In this document: positions 20,701 to 30,488 of the stretch, one piece after another
Position numbering within the stretch: position 1 is the stretch's first letter
How the letters are laid out: every line of letters begins with the position of its first letter
DNA from: an uncultured Planctomycetota bacterium
GTDB lineage: Bacteria; Planctomycetota; Planctomycetia; Pirellulales; Lacipirellulaceae
Length of the DNA stretch: 64,000 nt
Reading direction: 5' to 3'
NCBI GenBank assembly: GCA_963719315.1
Contig: CAVRBU010000002.1
Coordinates: 1,504,001 to 1,568,000, forward strand
Translations under genes and position numbers: made by a program
Notes under the pieces: generated by a model
Told to the model about the DNA's origin: nothing
Databases searched by the model: none
Seen by the model: the letters and a program-made list of their open reading frames with translations, nothing else

Positions 20701-21728
20701 CGTCGGCGTGGCGAAAGCCGCTGGAAGAATGCCTGTTGGCGCATGACGAGGCCATTTCCCACCAGGCCGTGGACACAGTCGCTCTGTTTGCCCGCGGCAA
20801 TTTCACTGAGCAATTGGCATCGCTGGGGCTGGATGCCAATCGACCGATGCCGGTGCGAATCGCGGCAGCCGTCGCCGCCGTGACGGCCAACCCCAGTCCG
20901 CCGGACGATCGAGTGCTCGAATTCTTGCTGTCGCGCTGCGCATCGCAAGATACTGAAGTGGTCAGCCGGTTGTCGATTGCCCAAGCGCTCGGCAGTGCGC
21001 GGCTGACGCCAGCGCAACTCAAACGAATGACGGAAACCGTCAAGGTGGTCGGACCGCTAGAGTTGCCGTCGCTGTTGAAGGCCTACGAAGACTCCGCCGA
21101 ACCAGCCGCTGGCGCGGAACTTTTTGCCGCGCTCGAACAATCGCCGGGCCTCGGTTCGCTGTCGGCTGGCCGCGTTCAGCGTTTGATCGACCGCTATCCC
21201 AAGCCGTTGCGAGCGTCGGCGGCTGGGGTGCTCAAGCAATTCGGAGCGGCAACCGAGTCGCAAGCCGCCCGCATGAAGGAGTTGGAATTCGCGTTGTCGG
21301 GCGGCGACGCAACCCGCGGACACGATTTATTCATGGGCAAAGCGGCCTGTTCCCAGTGCCATCGCGTGAATAAGCAAGGCGCCAATATCGGCCCCGATTT
21401 GTCGCGGATCGGCGAAATTCGCACACGCCGCGATTTCCTGGAATCGATCGCATTTCCCAGTGCCACTTTTGCCCGAGGTTATGAACCGGTTACAGTCATC
21501 GTGTCGGGACGGACGTACACTGGAATCCTGCGCGGCGAATCGGCCAAGGAAGTCGTTCTGATGACACTGGGCCGCTCGGAAACCACGCTGCCGCGCGACG
21601 AGATCGAGGAGATTTTGCCTTGCTCCGTTTCCATCATGCCGCAGGGCTTGGATCGAAACCTCACTGCCGATGAACTGCAAGACTTAGTTGCGTTTCTGTC
21701 ATCGTTGAAAACGAATAAAGGCACGTGA
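17781..21728 (+). CDS. DUF1080 domain fused to a PVC-type heme-binding (CxxCH) membrane dehydrogenase-like protein with HEAT repeats
   Basis: WTPLFNGRNLDGW..FQAE..YRNIEI (DUF1080); DTDGDG repeats; HEAT repeats; CSQCH..GPDLS..SIMPQGL. Confidence 0.85.
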   Translation: MVRIMILRSYVQWNSFAIAQRRVRIAVCICLVASAAFAAESSKEQSWTPLFNGRNLDGWYKYLDRIGKNSDPNHVFQIEDGAIHVYKDQTADKAATKGYFATDANYSYYHLRFQYKWGTKKFPPRTETKRDAGLIYHVTGPDVVWPRCLECQVQEGDVGDCFLVHGAQVEASILPNPVVKDQYQCRPANEGGVEKTVSSLRTTRLIKEGMFEVDGWNTVEVIVHGDEETMHIVNGHPVFHAKKLARLGADNNSWEPLPAGHIAFQAEYAEVYYRNIEIQPITGGPLHPAASEKETSAKAAISALPTTANSPVAHLPIVPEGFEISLAAAPPLVEYPTLACFDDQGRLYVSEGANINDPYDVLAKTLPRSIRRLEDTDGDGVFDRSTVFADKMTFPYGGVWHDGALYVASDPTLWRLEDTDGDGVADMREVVITGFESGGHASCMKGGFLGPDGWIYFCGGNEGAGYDLKDRSGTRLHEPHAAPCVFRIRPDGTGLEFFANGAAGVYDLTFDPSGDLFGVVTILHYPRGDGLMHWVYGAYQSSCPRSSFARLTGDLLPALHEWPQSSPSGAVLYQSGAFGKEYRGNIFAAHFGTHVVTRNVIHREGATWRMDQEDNFVQSDNLNFRFTDVLEDADGSLLVVNTGGWFRIGCPTSEVDEGDLRGAIYRVRKKDQHQLADPRGLKIGWKQLTDAELAKLLGDQRFVVRERATAEFALRGPASVPALRSALHSESSELRLNAVWALTRIDHAEARAAVRESLSDPELTNMLAALHSVGIWRDQAAFDRLVELLKSNEPAIRREAATSLGRLGNSACVPALLEPLATTSDRYLEQALIFAMIEIDAREPVLAGLHGSNPKIQRGTLIALDQMSHGALTEVDVAPLLRSEDLPLQKAALDVVARHAGWTKGVAEFLNERLTGPALSPEQGELVSAALHSAIGDRSVQQLVGAMLENANSPTDSQLLLLEAIGRSRLKKLPSAWRKPLEECLLAHDEAISHQAVDTVALFARGNFTEQLASLGLDANRPMPVRIAAAVAAVTANPSPPDDRVLEFLLSRCASQDTEVVSRLSIAQALGSARLTPAQLKRMTETVKVVGPLELPSLLKAYEDSAEPAAGAELFAALEQSPGLGSLSAGRVQRLIDRYPKPLRASAAGVLKQFGAATESQAARMKELEFALSGGDATRGHDLFMGKAACSQCHRVNKQGANIGPDLSRIGEIRTRRDFLESIAFPSATFARGYEPVTVIVSGRTYTGILRGESAKEVVLMTLGRSETTLPRDEIEEILPCSVSIMPQGLDRNLTADELQDLVAFLSSLKTNKGT

Positions 21729-21754
21729 GCGCATCAGCGTGATTCGCGGTTTGC

Positions 21755-22030
21755 TCATGCGTGCCGATACCGCCGCGGTCGTCGCCCCGCCAATGGGATA
21801 CAAACCAATGCGAATAAAGCCCATGTGCCCGGCTCGGGCACGGCGGCCAAAGTCGCGGAACTTGAACTTCCACTACCGCTACCACTCGCCGTAACGCCGT
21901 AGTGGGAGCGCCACAGATCATACTGTGCCGGCGTTCCCAGCGCCTTCCGCCAGACGACATAATCGGCCGCATCCACCACACCGTTCCCGTTAAAGTCGCC
22001 CCTCAAGCCGACGGAGAGCGTAAGCGAAGT
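21755..22030 (-). pseudogene. C-terminal remnant of a PEP-CTERM protein with a dockerin-like motif
   Basis: GDFNGNGVVDAADYVVWRK..YDLWRSHYG..AVPEPGT + TM helix + basic tail; no long upstream ORF. Confidence 0.75.
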
Positions 22031-22213
22031 CGCGCCAGATGTCGGGCATGACCTTCGGATTGGCGCGGTAGTACGCGAAGGCAAACTTCCAGTAGCGAAC
22101 GCACAGCTCAACGATGCTCAACTCACGGCCAGAGACGCCCAGCGGGTTGCGCTAGGCCGCCAGCCCCACTACCTTATTCAACCTTATTCGGCACCCAACC
22201 AATGGGGTCCACC

Positions 22214-22333
22214 TCAACTGGCCTTTGTGTCAAAGCGGCCGAGATAGTGGTCGCGGCCGTTGAGGATGACGACAGCTTGGCCCGATTTTCGGTGCCGTCG
22301 ATACTTCGGATGGGAGTGAATCAGACGTGGTAT
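22214..22333 (-). pseudogene. Integrase N-terminal remnant
   Basis: (I)PRLIHSHPKYRRHRKSGQAVVILNGRDHYLG aligns with MPRLSDSLPKYRKHRATGQAVVTLSGRDFYLG of the 8096 integrase; ATA in place of ATG. Confidence 0.85.
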
Positions 22334-22447
22334 GGTGTGGGTCTCCGTAGGTGCCAAAACGGTACATACCGTTTTGCGCTTCAGGAAACGCCACACTACC
22401 GAACGTCGGCAGGTAACAAATTTGCCTTGTTTTGGCGAAGTAAATTC

Positions 22448-22495
22448 CAAGTGGAGCGGAAGGAAGTTGAACCCTCGACTTCTGCATTGCGAACG
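22448..22495 (-). repeat. att-like 48-bp copy of the tRNA-Ala 3' half
   Basis: Matches 23211-23258 with 2 mismatches. Confidence 0.9.
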
Positions 22496-22676
22496 GACAC
22501 CCGCAACATGCGGAAAACACGTAAATTATTGGGGTTTCACTCTTTCAACCCCATCGTAATTAGTGACTATTTCGCCTGCAATGACATATTTTGACATCGA
22601 AGCGTGCATTTACCGTGCATCGGACATCGCGTTTTCATCGGGAATTTCGTGCTACGAAACATTGCGCGTGCAGCGG

Positions 22677-23162
22677 TCAGCGTGCATTTTGCTGTGCATC
22701 GCTTTGCTGCTTTGCGAAGTATTCCTCGGCTGCCGCCTTGGTCGTTGCGTCGGTTTGTTCTTTCAACTGTTGATTGATACCCCATTCATGACCAAAAGGA
22801 TCGACGATCTTTCCGTAACGCGCGCCCCAGAACATATCCTGTACCGGCATCAGCACGCTTGCGCCGTGCGCCGTGGCGCGCTCAACAATCGCGTCGGGAT
22901 TATCGGTTTGCAGCGTGATGCGCGCGGTTGTACCGCCCAATGTCTGCGGCGTTCGGGTGGTAACGTCGTCCTTCTCTGCAAATTCGTCGCTGAGAAAAAG
23001 CATGTGATCGTCGAGAATAATCTCGCCGTGCATCAGGCGAGTGCCTCCTGCTTCCATCATCACGTCGCCAGTCTCGGCTCCGAATACTTCCTGATAAAAC
23101 TTGAGCGCCGCCATCCCATCATTGACGACCAGGTGCGGAATGAATTGATCTTTGCGAGCCAT
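22677..23162 (-). CDS. VOC/glyoxalase (PhnB-like) protein
   Basis: PHLVV..ALKFYQEVFGA..LMHGEI..DMFWGARYG.IVDPFGHEW. Confidence 0.9.
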   Translation of the reverse strand: MARKDQFIPHLVVNDGMAALKFYQEVFGAETGDVMMEAGGTRLMHGEIILDDHMLFLSDEFAEKDDVTTRTPQTLGGTTARITLQTDNPDAIVERATAHGASVLMPVQDMFWGARYGKIVDPFGHEWGINQQLKEQTDATTKAAAEEYFAKQQSDAQQNAR

Positions 23163-23214
23163 CGCGCACTCTCTTTTTGAACTTTGTAGGATGGGTCAAC
23201 AGCTTAAATTCAAG

Positions 23215-23287
23215 TGGAGCGGAAGGGAGTTGAACCCTCGACCTCTGCATTGCGAACGCAGCGCTCTCCCAACTGAGCTACCGCCCC
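23215..23287 (-). tRNA. tRNA-Ala(CGC)
   Basis: GGGGCGGTAGCTCAGTTGGGAGAGCG CTGCG-TTCGCAA-TGCAG..GAGGG-TTCAACT-CCCTT CCGCTCCA; G3:U70 pair present. Confidence 0.95.
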
Positions 23288-23438
23288 AGTGAAGCGGGTG
23301 TGTGGCCGCCTCTTTATTGAGCTTGGTATTTTAGGGGCCGCAAGTGGCGCTGTCTAGGTTTGCAGGAATGCACCATACTAAGGTTTGGGGCAAAGTCAAT
23401 GAAATACCCCGTCGCCTGCATCCCGAAACCTCAAGCGT

Positions 23439-23909
23439 TTACCGCGGCGACTTCGGGCTCTCGCCCAGCATCGGGCGCAGCTCTTCGAAGAAATCGTAGG
23501 CGTCGTTGAATTGGCGGTACACGCTCGCGAAGCGGACGAACGCCACGGCATCCAGATCGCGCAGATAGCGCATTACGATTTCGCCCAACTCGCGGCTTTC
23601 GATTTCGCTATCGAAGTGCTGGTAGACATCGGTTTCAATCGCGATCGCCGTTGCTTCGATCTGCCGGGTAGTGATGGGCCGCTTCCAACAGGCGCGCTCC
23701 AGACCGCGCTTGATCTTCTCGCGCTCAAATGGCACCCGCGAACCATCTTTCTTGATCACCTTGATCGTGGTTTCTTCCGGCCGCTCGTAGGTCGTGAAGC
23801 GGCGGCCGCAACTCACGCACTCGCGCCGCCGACGAATTGCCAGGCCGTCCTGACTCGAACGGGAGTCGATCACGCGGTCATTATCCATCCGGCAGTAAGG
23901 GCATTTCAT
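23439..23909 (-). CDS. nrdR: Transcriptional repressor NrdR
   Basis: MKCPYC..VIDSR..IRRRREC..CGRRFTTYE; ATP cone; VRFASVYRQF. Confidence 0.96.
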   Translation of the reverse strand: MKCPYCRMDNDRVIDSRSSQDGLAIRRRRECVSCGRRFTTYERPEETTIKVIKKDGSRVPFEREKIKRGLERACWKRPITTRQIEATAIAIETDVYQHFDSEIESRELGEIVMRYLRDLDAVAFVRFASVYRQFNDAYDFFEELRPMLGESPKSPR

Positions 23910-24030
23910 ATTCGCACTACTATACCGTGCGGCGCGGCATCGTACAGGAACCCGAAAATAGTGGCCTCTCGGATTCCATCCCGAATAATGGCTGGACGTG
24001 GCCACGCCCCGCCCGACAATGCACTACACC

Positions 24031-25001
24031 ATGACGCTTTTTGGAGTTCTCAACGTTGACAAACCGGCCGGGCTCACATCGCGCGACGCCGTCGATCGCG
24101 TTGAGCGACTAGTCCAGCCTGCGAGGGCTGGCCATGCCGGTACGCTCGATCCGCTAGCAACCGGCGTCCTGGTAATTTGCGTGGGGCAGGCAACTCGGCT
24201 GATCCAATATGTTCAGCGGATGCCAAAGACTTACCTAGCCACGTTTTTGCTCGGCCAGACCAGCGAAACGGACGATCTCGAAGGCCAACTCACGCCGGTC
24301 GCCGCAGCAACCGAGCCGACACGAGAGGCGGTCGAACGAGCGCTGCCCCAATTCATCGGCGATATCCAGCAGCAACCGCCGATCCACTCGGCCATCAAGC
24401 TTGCCGGCCGCCGTGCGTACCAACTTGCGCGCGCGGCGCGGAGGTCGAACTACCGCCGCGCACCGTCACGATTCACAAGATCATGGTGCGGCGATATGAC
24501 TATCCCCAACTGGAAGTCGATGTCGAGTGTGGCAGCGGCACGTATATTCGTGCGCTTGGTCGCGACTTAGGCGCTGCCCTCGGCACAGGAGCTTTGATGT
24601 CCAAACTCGAGCGAACGTCGATCGGCGCTTTTAATGTTGAAGAGGCCATTCAGATCGATGAGTTGACCGCCGAAACGCTCTCACGACAACTGCAGCCCAC
24701 GCTCGCGGCCGTAGCCAATTTGCCGCGCGTTACGCTCACTGAAGCCCAACTTCTCGAAGTTCGTAACGGCCGGCCGATCCTAGCGGCATGGCTTTGTTCG
24801 GAACCCTCTCCATTTGGGAGAAGGCAGGTCGCTCAGGACTCGCTGTGGCGAGGCGGGAGCACCTTGGATGCCAGCCATCGGCCCTCTGGCGACCTCGCAG
24901 AGTTGGCCGCCGTCGATGCAGCCGGCAGTCTCGCCGCCATCCTTTTCGAAAAGCGGCCGGGCGAACTCTGGCCCCGGTTGAACTTTAGCCGATCGTCATG
25001 A
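24031..25001 (+). CDS. truB: tRNA pseudouridine(55) synthase, apparent frameshift near 24432
   Basis: VDKPAGLTS, GHAGTLDPLATGVL and PPIHSAIK in one frame; CGSGTYIRALGRDLG in the next. Confidence 0.9.
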
Positions 25002-25364
25002 CGTTAATCTGCGCCGATTGTGCAGCGCGTAACGTCGCAATGACAATTTTTTAACTTGCCAACACGTTTTCTGTCCATCGGCGGTGTCGATCTTCCGGGT
25101 GGCGACGGAGATACTTTGAATAGCCACCACGTAAATCGTGACGCCGCAACGACCTAATGTGGCCACGCTAGCATCTTTGGTCGAAAACTATTGATGTGTG
25201 GCATGATCCGCTGGAAGGCTCCCTTTCCAGAAGACGCCAGCCGCATGGGTCCGATACGGATAGCTCGTCGGGCATGGACGTGCCCTCACAATTCACTCGC
25301 ACGATTGTATAGACCGGCCGCTCGGTTACGCTTGTCTCGCGGCAGGTTGGCAAAAACGTCCACG

Positions 25365-28241
25365 ATGTTCGAAGACCGCAGCTTGAAGATTGATTTATTC
25401 GCGCTCGCGTTGTTGGCGCTCGTCGCGTTCCTGGGCCTCTCCCTGTGGACGTACGATGCGACCGACCCGCCGAGCACAAACGTCTGGCCGCCCAGCGACG
25501 TGGTCCACAATGCTTGCGGGCAGGCCGGCGCGCTCACCTCGCACTATTTATTCGAAAGCCTCGGCATCGGGGCGTATTATCTGGCCGGCTCGCTCGCTGT
25601 GTTGACGTTCTTCCTGTTGCGGCGACGTGAAATCGATCAGCCGATTATTCGTACTTTGGGCTGGGCCGTTTCGGTGGCCGGCCTTACCACGTTGGCCGCG
25701 CTCGCCATCCCCAATTGGACCCCCGGCCCGATCATTGGCGCTGGCGGTTACATCGGTGCGATGGGCCGCAGTTTGCTCGAATCGCACTTCGCGGTTGCCG
25801 GAGCTTACATCTTTGCGCTCAGTGTGCTGCTCGCCGGTCTCTTGCTCTCGACCGATTACTTTCTGTTCCGCGCCGCCGCAGTGACGACGAGCGTCACTGG
25901 CCGATCGCTCCTGCACGTGGGCCATTTCGGTCACGTTGTCCGCAAAGCCGCCCGAGTGAAGTCCGACCTTGAGGTCACTGAGCTTGACGAAGAAGATGAA
26001 GATGACGCAGAAGACGACGAAGATGCAGAAGAAGAATCCGATGAAGTCGAAGAAGACACTGAAGACGAAGAAGAATCCTACGACGAAGATCGCGAAATCA
26101 AAGTCCGCAAGTCAGGAGAAGTCGCTGGAAAGCCAGCCGACTCAAACGACGGCGGAAAAACTTCCGCTGACGATCAATCCGCCGCCGGCCCCGCTTCTCG
26201 CCTGGCGAACGGTTTGAAAGCCGCGCTCGGCCTCGCCGGCAAAGGCAAACCGCCGGCGGCGCCGCCGATTTCCGTCACGAAGCCTAAAACGGAACGCGAA
26301 GTGGTCATCGAACAACTGGAAGCAGCCGAGCAATCGGTCGAAGACTCCGATTACGAATTGCCGCCGCTCGACTTGCTCCTGCCCAACGATGACGTGTGCT
26401 ACGAAGAGCAAGAAAAAGAGGTCCGCCGTAAGGCCAAGGTCTTGGAAAAAACGTTTAAGAATTTCGGCTTCAACATCCGCGTCGTGGAAATCGAAACCGG
26501 CCCGGTCATCGCCCAATTCGAAGTCGAATTGGAGGCCGGCCTGCGACTCTCGAAAATCACCGGCCTGTCCGAAGACCTCGCGATCGCCCTCCGCGTGCCG
26601 AGCGTCCGCATCGTCGCCCCGATCCCCGGAAAGAACACGGTCGGAATCGAAGTGCCGAACGAGATTCGCCAACTCGTCCGCCTCCGCGAAGTGATCGAAG
26701 AAACGAACGGCAAAGCGAAGCGGATGAAAATCCCCATCTACCTCGGCAAAGACGTGGCCGGCAACCCGATGGCCGTCGACCTTACGACGCTTCCGCACCT
26801 CTTGATCGCCGGCCGCACGGGTACGGGCAAAAGCGTGTGCCTCAATACGATCATCGTATCGATCCTTATGTCGCGCGGGCCAGACGAGGTTCGCATGCTG
26901 ATGATCGATCCGAAGATGGTCGAGCTAAGTGGCTATCGCAAGCTACCGCACCTCATGCACCCGGTCGTCACCGACATGCGCAAGGCCGAAGCGATCTTGG
27001 CCTGGGCCGTTGACAAAATGGAAGAGCGTTATCAACTCCTGTCGCGCGCCGGCGTGCGGCACCTTAGCGTGTACAACCAGTTGGGTGATGATGAACTGCG
27101 CGACCGCATCCGGCCCGAGAACGACGAAGATTGGCGACAAGTCCCCCGCCACTTGCCGTATATCGTCATCGTGGCCGACGAGTTGGCCGACCTCATGATG
27201 ACCGCCGGCAAAGACGTCGAGCAGCACATCATCCGCCTCGCGCAAAAGAGCCGGGCCGTTGGTATCCACTTGATCCTCGCCACGCAAAAGCCGACAGTGG
27301 ATGTCATCACCGGCCTGATCAAGTCGAACCTGCCCGCGCGCATCGCGTTCCAAGTCGCGAGCCGCACCGATAGTCGCGTGGTGCTCGATGAGATGGGCGC
27401 CGACAAACTGCTTGGCAATGGCGATATGCTTTACCTCTCGCCAGGCACAAGCACCATGCTCCGCGGCCAAGGCACGTTCCTCTCGGATGATGAAATTGTC
27501 CGCGTGGTCGATTTCGTCGGCGTCGATGATCCGCAATTCGCCGGCGAGTTGATGCAACTCAAGACGAAGGACGAACTCGAAGCCGCCGCCAGCGGCGGTG
27601 GCGGAAACTTTCAAAGCCGCGACGACCTGTATGATGCAGCCGTCGATATCGTTATCCGCGAGCGCCGCGGAAGCTGCTCGCTACTGCAACGGGCACTCGG
27701 CATCGGTTACGGCCGGGCTGCTCGCCTCGTCGACTTCATGGCCGAGGACGGCATCGTAGGCCAGTACAACGGCTCGCAAGCCCGCGATGTTTTGATCTCG
27801 CTCGAAGATTGGGAATCCCGCCACAATGAATCCGCCGACCCGACGGCGCCTGCAAAACCCGTCGAGTCCGCTCTAGCAGCCATCGGCAGCGTCGCCAAAC
27901 CGCGAACCGTAGGAGCGTTGCCCGCGACGATCGCGACGGTAGCGCCGCGCCGTCGCAATAAGATCGTCCCCGAACCCGATGAGCAGAGCGAACTCGAAGA
28001 CGAATTCGATGAGGATGAGTACGAAGAAGACGAAGTGGACGAGGACGTGTCTGAGGAGGACGAATCCGAAGACGAATCCGGCGAGCCCGCTTCAGCCGAC
28101 GGTGACGGCGAGGAAGAATGCGAATCAGAGGAGTCCGAGGACGAAGAAGACGAGGAATGGGAAGAAGACGACTCCGAAATTGAGGAATCAGACGATTCCG
28201 AAGAACTGATCGAAAAACCGCCAGCGCGAGCCACTCGCTGA
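25365..28241 (+). CDS. ftsK: DNA translocase FtsK
   Basis: 4TM N-terminus; PHLLIAGRTGTGKS, MIDPKMVEL, VADELADLM and ATQKP; gamma domain LQRALGIGYGRAARL; acidic linkers. Confidence 0.95.
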   Translation: MFEDRSLKIDLFALALLALVAFLGLSLWTYDATDPPSTNVWPPSDVVHNACGQAGALTSHYLFESLGIGAYYLAGSLAVLTFFLLRRREIDQPIIRTLGWAVSVAGLTTLAALAIPNWTPGPIIGAGGYIGAMGRSLLESHFAVAGAYIFALSVLLAGLLLSTDYFLFRAAAVTTSVTGRSLLHVGHFGHVVRKAARVKSDLEVTELDEEDEDDAEDDEDAEEESDEVEEDTEDEEESYDEDREIKVRKSGEVAGKPADSNDGGKTSADDQSAAGPASRLANGLKAALGLAGKGKPPAAPPISVTKPKTEREVVIEQLEAAEQSVEDSDYELPPLDLLLPNDDVCYEEQEKEVRRKAKVLEKTFKNFGFNIRVVEIETGPVIAQFEVELEAGLRLSKITGLSEDLAIALRVPSVRIVAPIPGKNTVGIEVPNEIRQLVRLREVIEETNGKAKRMKIPIYLGKDVAGNPMAVDLTTLPHLLIAGRTGTGKSVCLNTIIVSILMSRGPDEVRMLMIDPKMVELSGYRKLPHLMHPVVTDMRKAEAILAWAVDKMEERYQLLSRAGVRHLSVYNQLGDDELRDRIRPENDEDWRQVPRHLPYIVIVADELADLMMTAGKDVEQHIIRLAQKSRAVGIHLILATQKPTVDVITGLIKSNLPARIAFQVASRTDSRVVLDEMGADKLLGNGDMLYLSPGTSTMLRGQGTFLSDDEIVRVVDFVGVDDPQFAGELMQLKTKDELEAAASGGGGNFQSRDDLYDAAVDIVIRERRGSCSLLQRALGIGYGRAARLVDFMAEDGIVGQYNGSQARDVLISLEDWESRHNESADPTAPAKPVESALAAIGSVAKPRTVGALPATIATVAPRRRNKIVPEPDEQSELEDEFDEDEYEEDEVDEDVSEEDESEDESGEPASADGDGEEECESEESEDEEDEEWEEDDSEIEESDDSEELIEKPPARATR

Positions 28242-28254
28242 CAACCCGCCCAAA

Positions 28255-28279
28255 ACCTGGCCGAAATCGGCCGGGTTTT
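28255..28279 (+). terminator. Putative intrinsic terminator after ftsK
   Basis: AACCTGGCCG-AAAT-CGGCCGGGTT followed by T residues. Confidence 0.55.
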
Positions 28280-28426
28280 CTCATCTTGCGGCGAGTTTCC
28301 GGCCAAAACTCCCTGATTTTTTGCCCCCGGCATGCATCTTGCTGCCCCGTGCAGCCGGCTCTCGCTCCACGTGCCTAATTCCGCTAGCAGAGCAAGCGGG
28401 CTACACTATTGATGGAGGGAATTTCG

Positions 28427-29158
28427 ATGTCGCATAACTTGAATAGAATCGCACAGCTTTCGGCCCTTGGCGCCGCGTGCTCGCTAGTCGTCTGGCTAGG
28501 AACGACGAGCGCGAAGGAAGAGACTTCGGTTCTCGTAAACAAGCCCGCAGCAACGGCCGTCGACGCGCAAACCGGCCCGATATTGCCGCCGCCTGCCAGT
28601 CCGAGCGAGCAGCCTGCTGCCAACTCGAAGGCGAGCGATCCGTTCGCGCCCTCGGCAGCCGCTCCGAAGCAACTGCCGGTTCCGCCACAGCCCGCGCAGC
28701 CAGCCGCCCCGGCCGTGAAGCGGCCATTCATGCGGCCCGCCGAACCCCGCGAGCCGGCCAAAGGTAAGCTCGTCGGCGCGGAGCCAATGCCCGTACCGCC
28801 AGGCGAGAACCCTACGATTCAAGGACCTGCTTTAATTCCCGCTCCCGCGCCGTCGATCGATGGCGTGCGCGTCGAACCCACGCCGCCGATCGACTACGAC
28901 ACAGACCACGACGCTCGGCGAATGTACCGCACCGGAAAAATCAACTTGGTAATGCTCACCAAAGACCCGACGAGCGGCTGTGCCTACGAAATCCCGATGT
29001 GCATCCCCGCCTGCTGCGTCGGCGACCCAAAAGTCTCGGGCGGCCGGGGAATCTTTGGCCGCGGCGTGGTTGAATACTGCTGGCCCTGCGGCTTTCGAGC
29101 AATCGTGAAGTTCCGCCACGTCCTCGGCAACGTAAAAGTCGAATACGAAGGCGATTGA
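28427..29158 (+). CDS. Secreted Pro/Ala-rich hypothetical protein with a Cys-containing C-terminal domain
   Basis: Signal-like N-terminus, Pro-rich linker, EIPMCIPACC..GIFGRG.VEYCWPCG. Confidence 0.75.
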   Translation: MSHNLNRIAQLSALGAACSLVVWLGTTSAKEETSVLVNKPAATAVDAQTGPILPPPASPSEQPAANSKASDPFAPSAAAPKQLPVPPQPAQPAAPAVKRPFMRPAEPREPAKGKLVGAEPMPVPPGENPTIQGPALIPAPAPSIDGVRVEPTPPIDYDTDHDARRMYRTGKINLVMLTKDPTSGCAYEIPMCIPACCVGDPKVSGGRGIFGRGVVEYCWPCGFRAIVKFRHVLGNVKVEYEGD

Positions 29159-29270
29159 CAGTAGCAGGCACGGCTCCGCGTGCCGTAGCACAATCAGTAG
29201 TTGTGCGCGGATCTCCCGACCCTACACCAGGTCGAACGCTAACCTGTAGCTAGCGGGGAGCATCAACTAA

Positions 29271-29714
29271 TCATCCACCGACGCGCAGCTCGGCAAGCAA
29301 TTCCAAATCGGTCAATATACGAATGTTGAACTGAGCGCAGTAGGAGAAAACGTCCGGCCGCCGCAGATGTTGGTCGAGCGTGCAGAGAACATCGGCGCGT
29401 CCGAAAACCGCCGCTGCTACGATCGGGTCGTCGTCGGGATCGTGCCGCACTTGGAATGGGAGCGGACCGGTGACGTTGACTACTTGAGCAATAGCTTCCA
29501 AGTCGCACACATACCGTTCGACATCTTGAGGCGCAAGGCAATGAACTTGCTGGACTCGCGGATAATTAAGCACCCGACGCAGTTCGTCCAGAAGGAAGTT
29601 GGAGGCGATAATTGAATGCGGTGGATCGAGTAGCCGCAGAAAGAGCCGTCGCGCCGGACCACTGGATTGGCCGGTTGCACGTACCAGCACGTTCGTATCC
29701 AGAAAGACGCGCAT
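29271..29714 (-). CDS. PIN-domain toxin (putative toxin-antitoxin system)
   Basis: MRVFLDTNVLV..DPDDDPIVAAA..ADVLCTLDQHL. Confidence 0.88.
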   Translation of the reverse strand: MRVFLDTNVLVRATGQSSGPARRLFLRLLDPPHSIIASNFLLDELRRVLNYPRVQQVHCLAPQDVERYVCDLEAIAQVVNVTGPLPFQVRHDPDDDPIVAAAVFGRADVLCTLDQHLRRPDVFSYCAQFNIRILTDLELLAELRVGG

Positions 29715-29998
29715 CAAGCTGGCCGCGGCCGAATCTTTTCCAAGGCTTCGTCCACCGCCGCATCAACTTCTTCATCCGAGGCGTTGGTGATGGCGCGACG
29801 CCGATCGACTTTATCCAACGTGTGCCGGATGTTTTCCACGGCGGCCCGGCGGGTCGAGTCATCCACAATCTTGCCACCCGAAAAAACCATCACGCACACT
29901 TGCTGGTCGGCTTGGAGCGGTTGGCCGAGCAAGTTTTCCAGCGATCGGCGATCTGGCTCGGGAATGTCGTTGACCGGCAAGGAGATCATGTCGCTCAT
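29714..29998 (-). CDS. Putative antitoxin
   Basis: Small ORF coupled to the PIN gene through a TGATG overlap; acidic C-terminus SDEEVDAAVDEAL. Confidence 0.7.
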   Translation of the reverse strand: MSDMISLPVNDIPEPDRRSLENLLGQPLQADQQVCVMVFSGGKIVDDSTRRAAVENIRHTLDKVDRRRAITNASDEEVDAAVDEALEKIRPRPA

Positions 29999-30488
29999 GA
30001 CCCAAGTATATGCGGAAACAGTGCCAGACGAAAGCAATCGGCAAACGCGCGTTTCCTCACGCGGCCTTACATATCCGCTGAATCTTTTTTATCGAAGAAC
30101 TGTGAAACATTGCCTCCGGTCGAGCAATCGTCGCGTGCACCGGTTGCAAATATCTTTACCAATAATGAGCCACGTATCGCTTCCTAAATGCGGATTTCCG
30201 GTTAACGCAATTTCGCGACAATATGCGACGAAGATGCCGACGACCACGATGGCGATCGTGATCCGGGTGCGGAAGCGTGTTCCCTAGGTGTAGTCGAAGC
30301 AGAAGTTGCGGATACCGTTGAGGCCGTGGTAAAGGGCGATGAAAAGGGCTGTTCCGTGCGGTTGTTCAAAGACCCAGTCGCACATGTTCGACATGATCTC
30401 GATGCCGCTGGTTTGGATATCGCGCGAAGCAGGCAGTGCCATGCCGTCGCGATCATGCATCATTAGCCGCGAGTAACCGCACACGGAT

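Noticed and set aside
24420..24445. Programmed frameshift in truB
   Set aside because: No slippery heptamer; it matches the window-wide pattern of indels in GCGC runs.
25975..28210. Asp/Glu-rich low-complexity tracts in ftsK and antisense Ser-rich ORFs
   Set aside because: Ordinary disordered linkers; the antisense ORFs are by-products.
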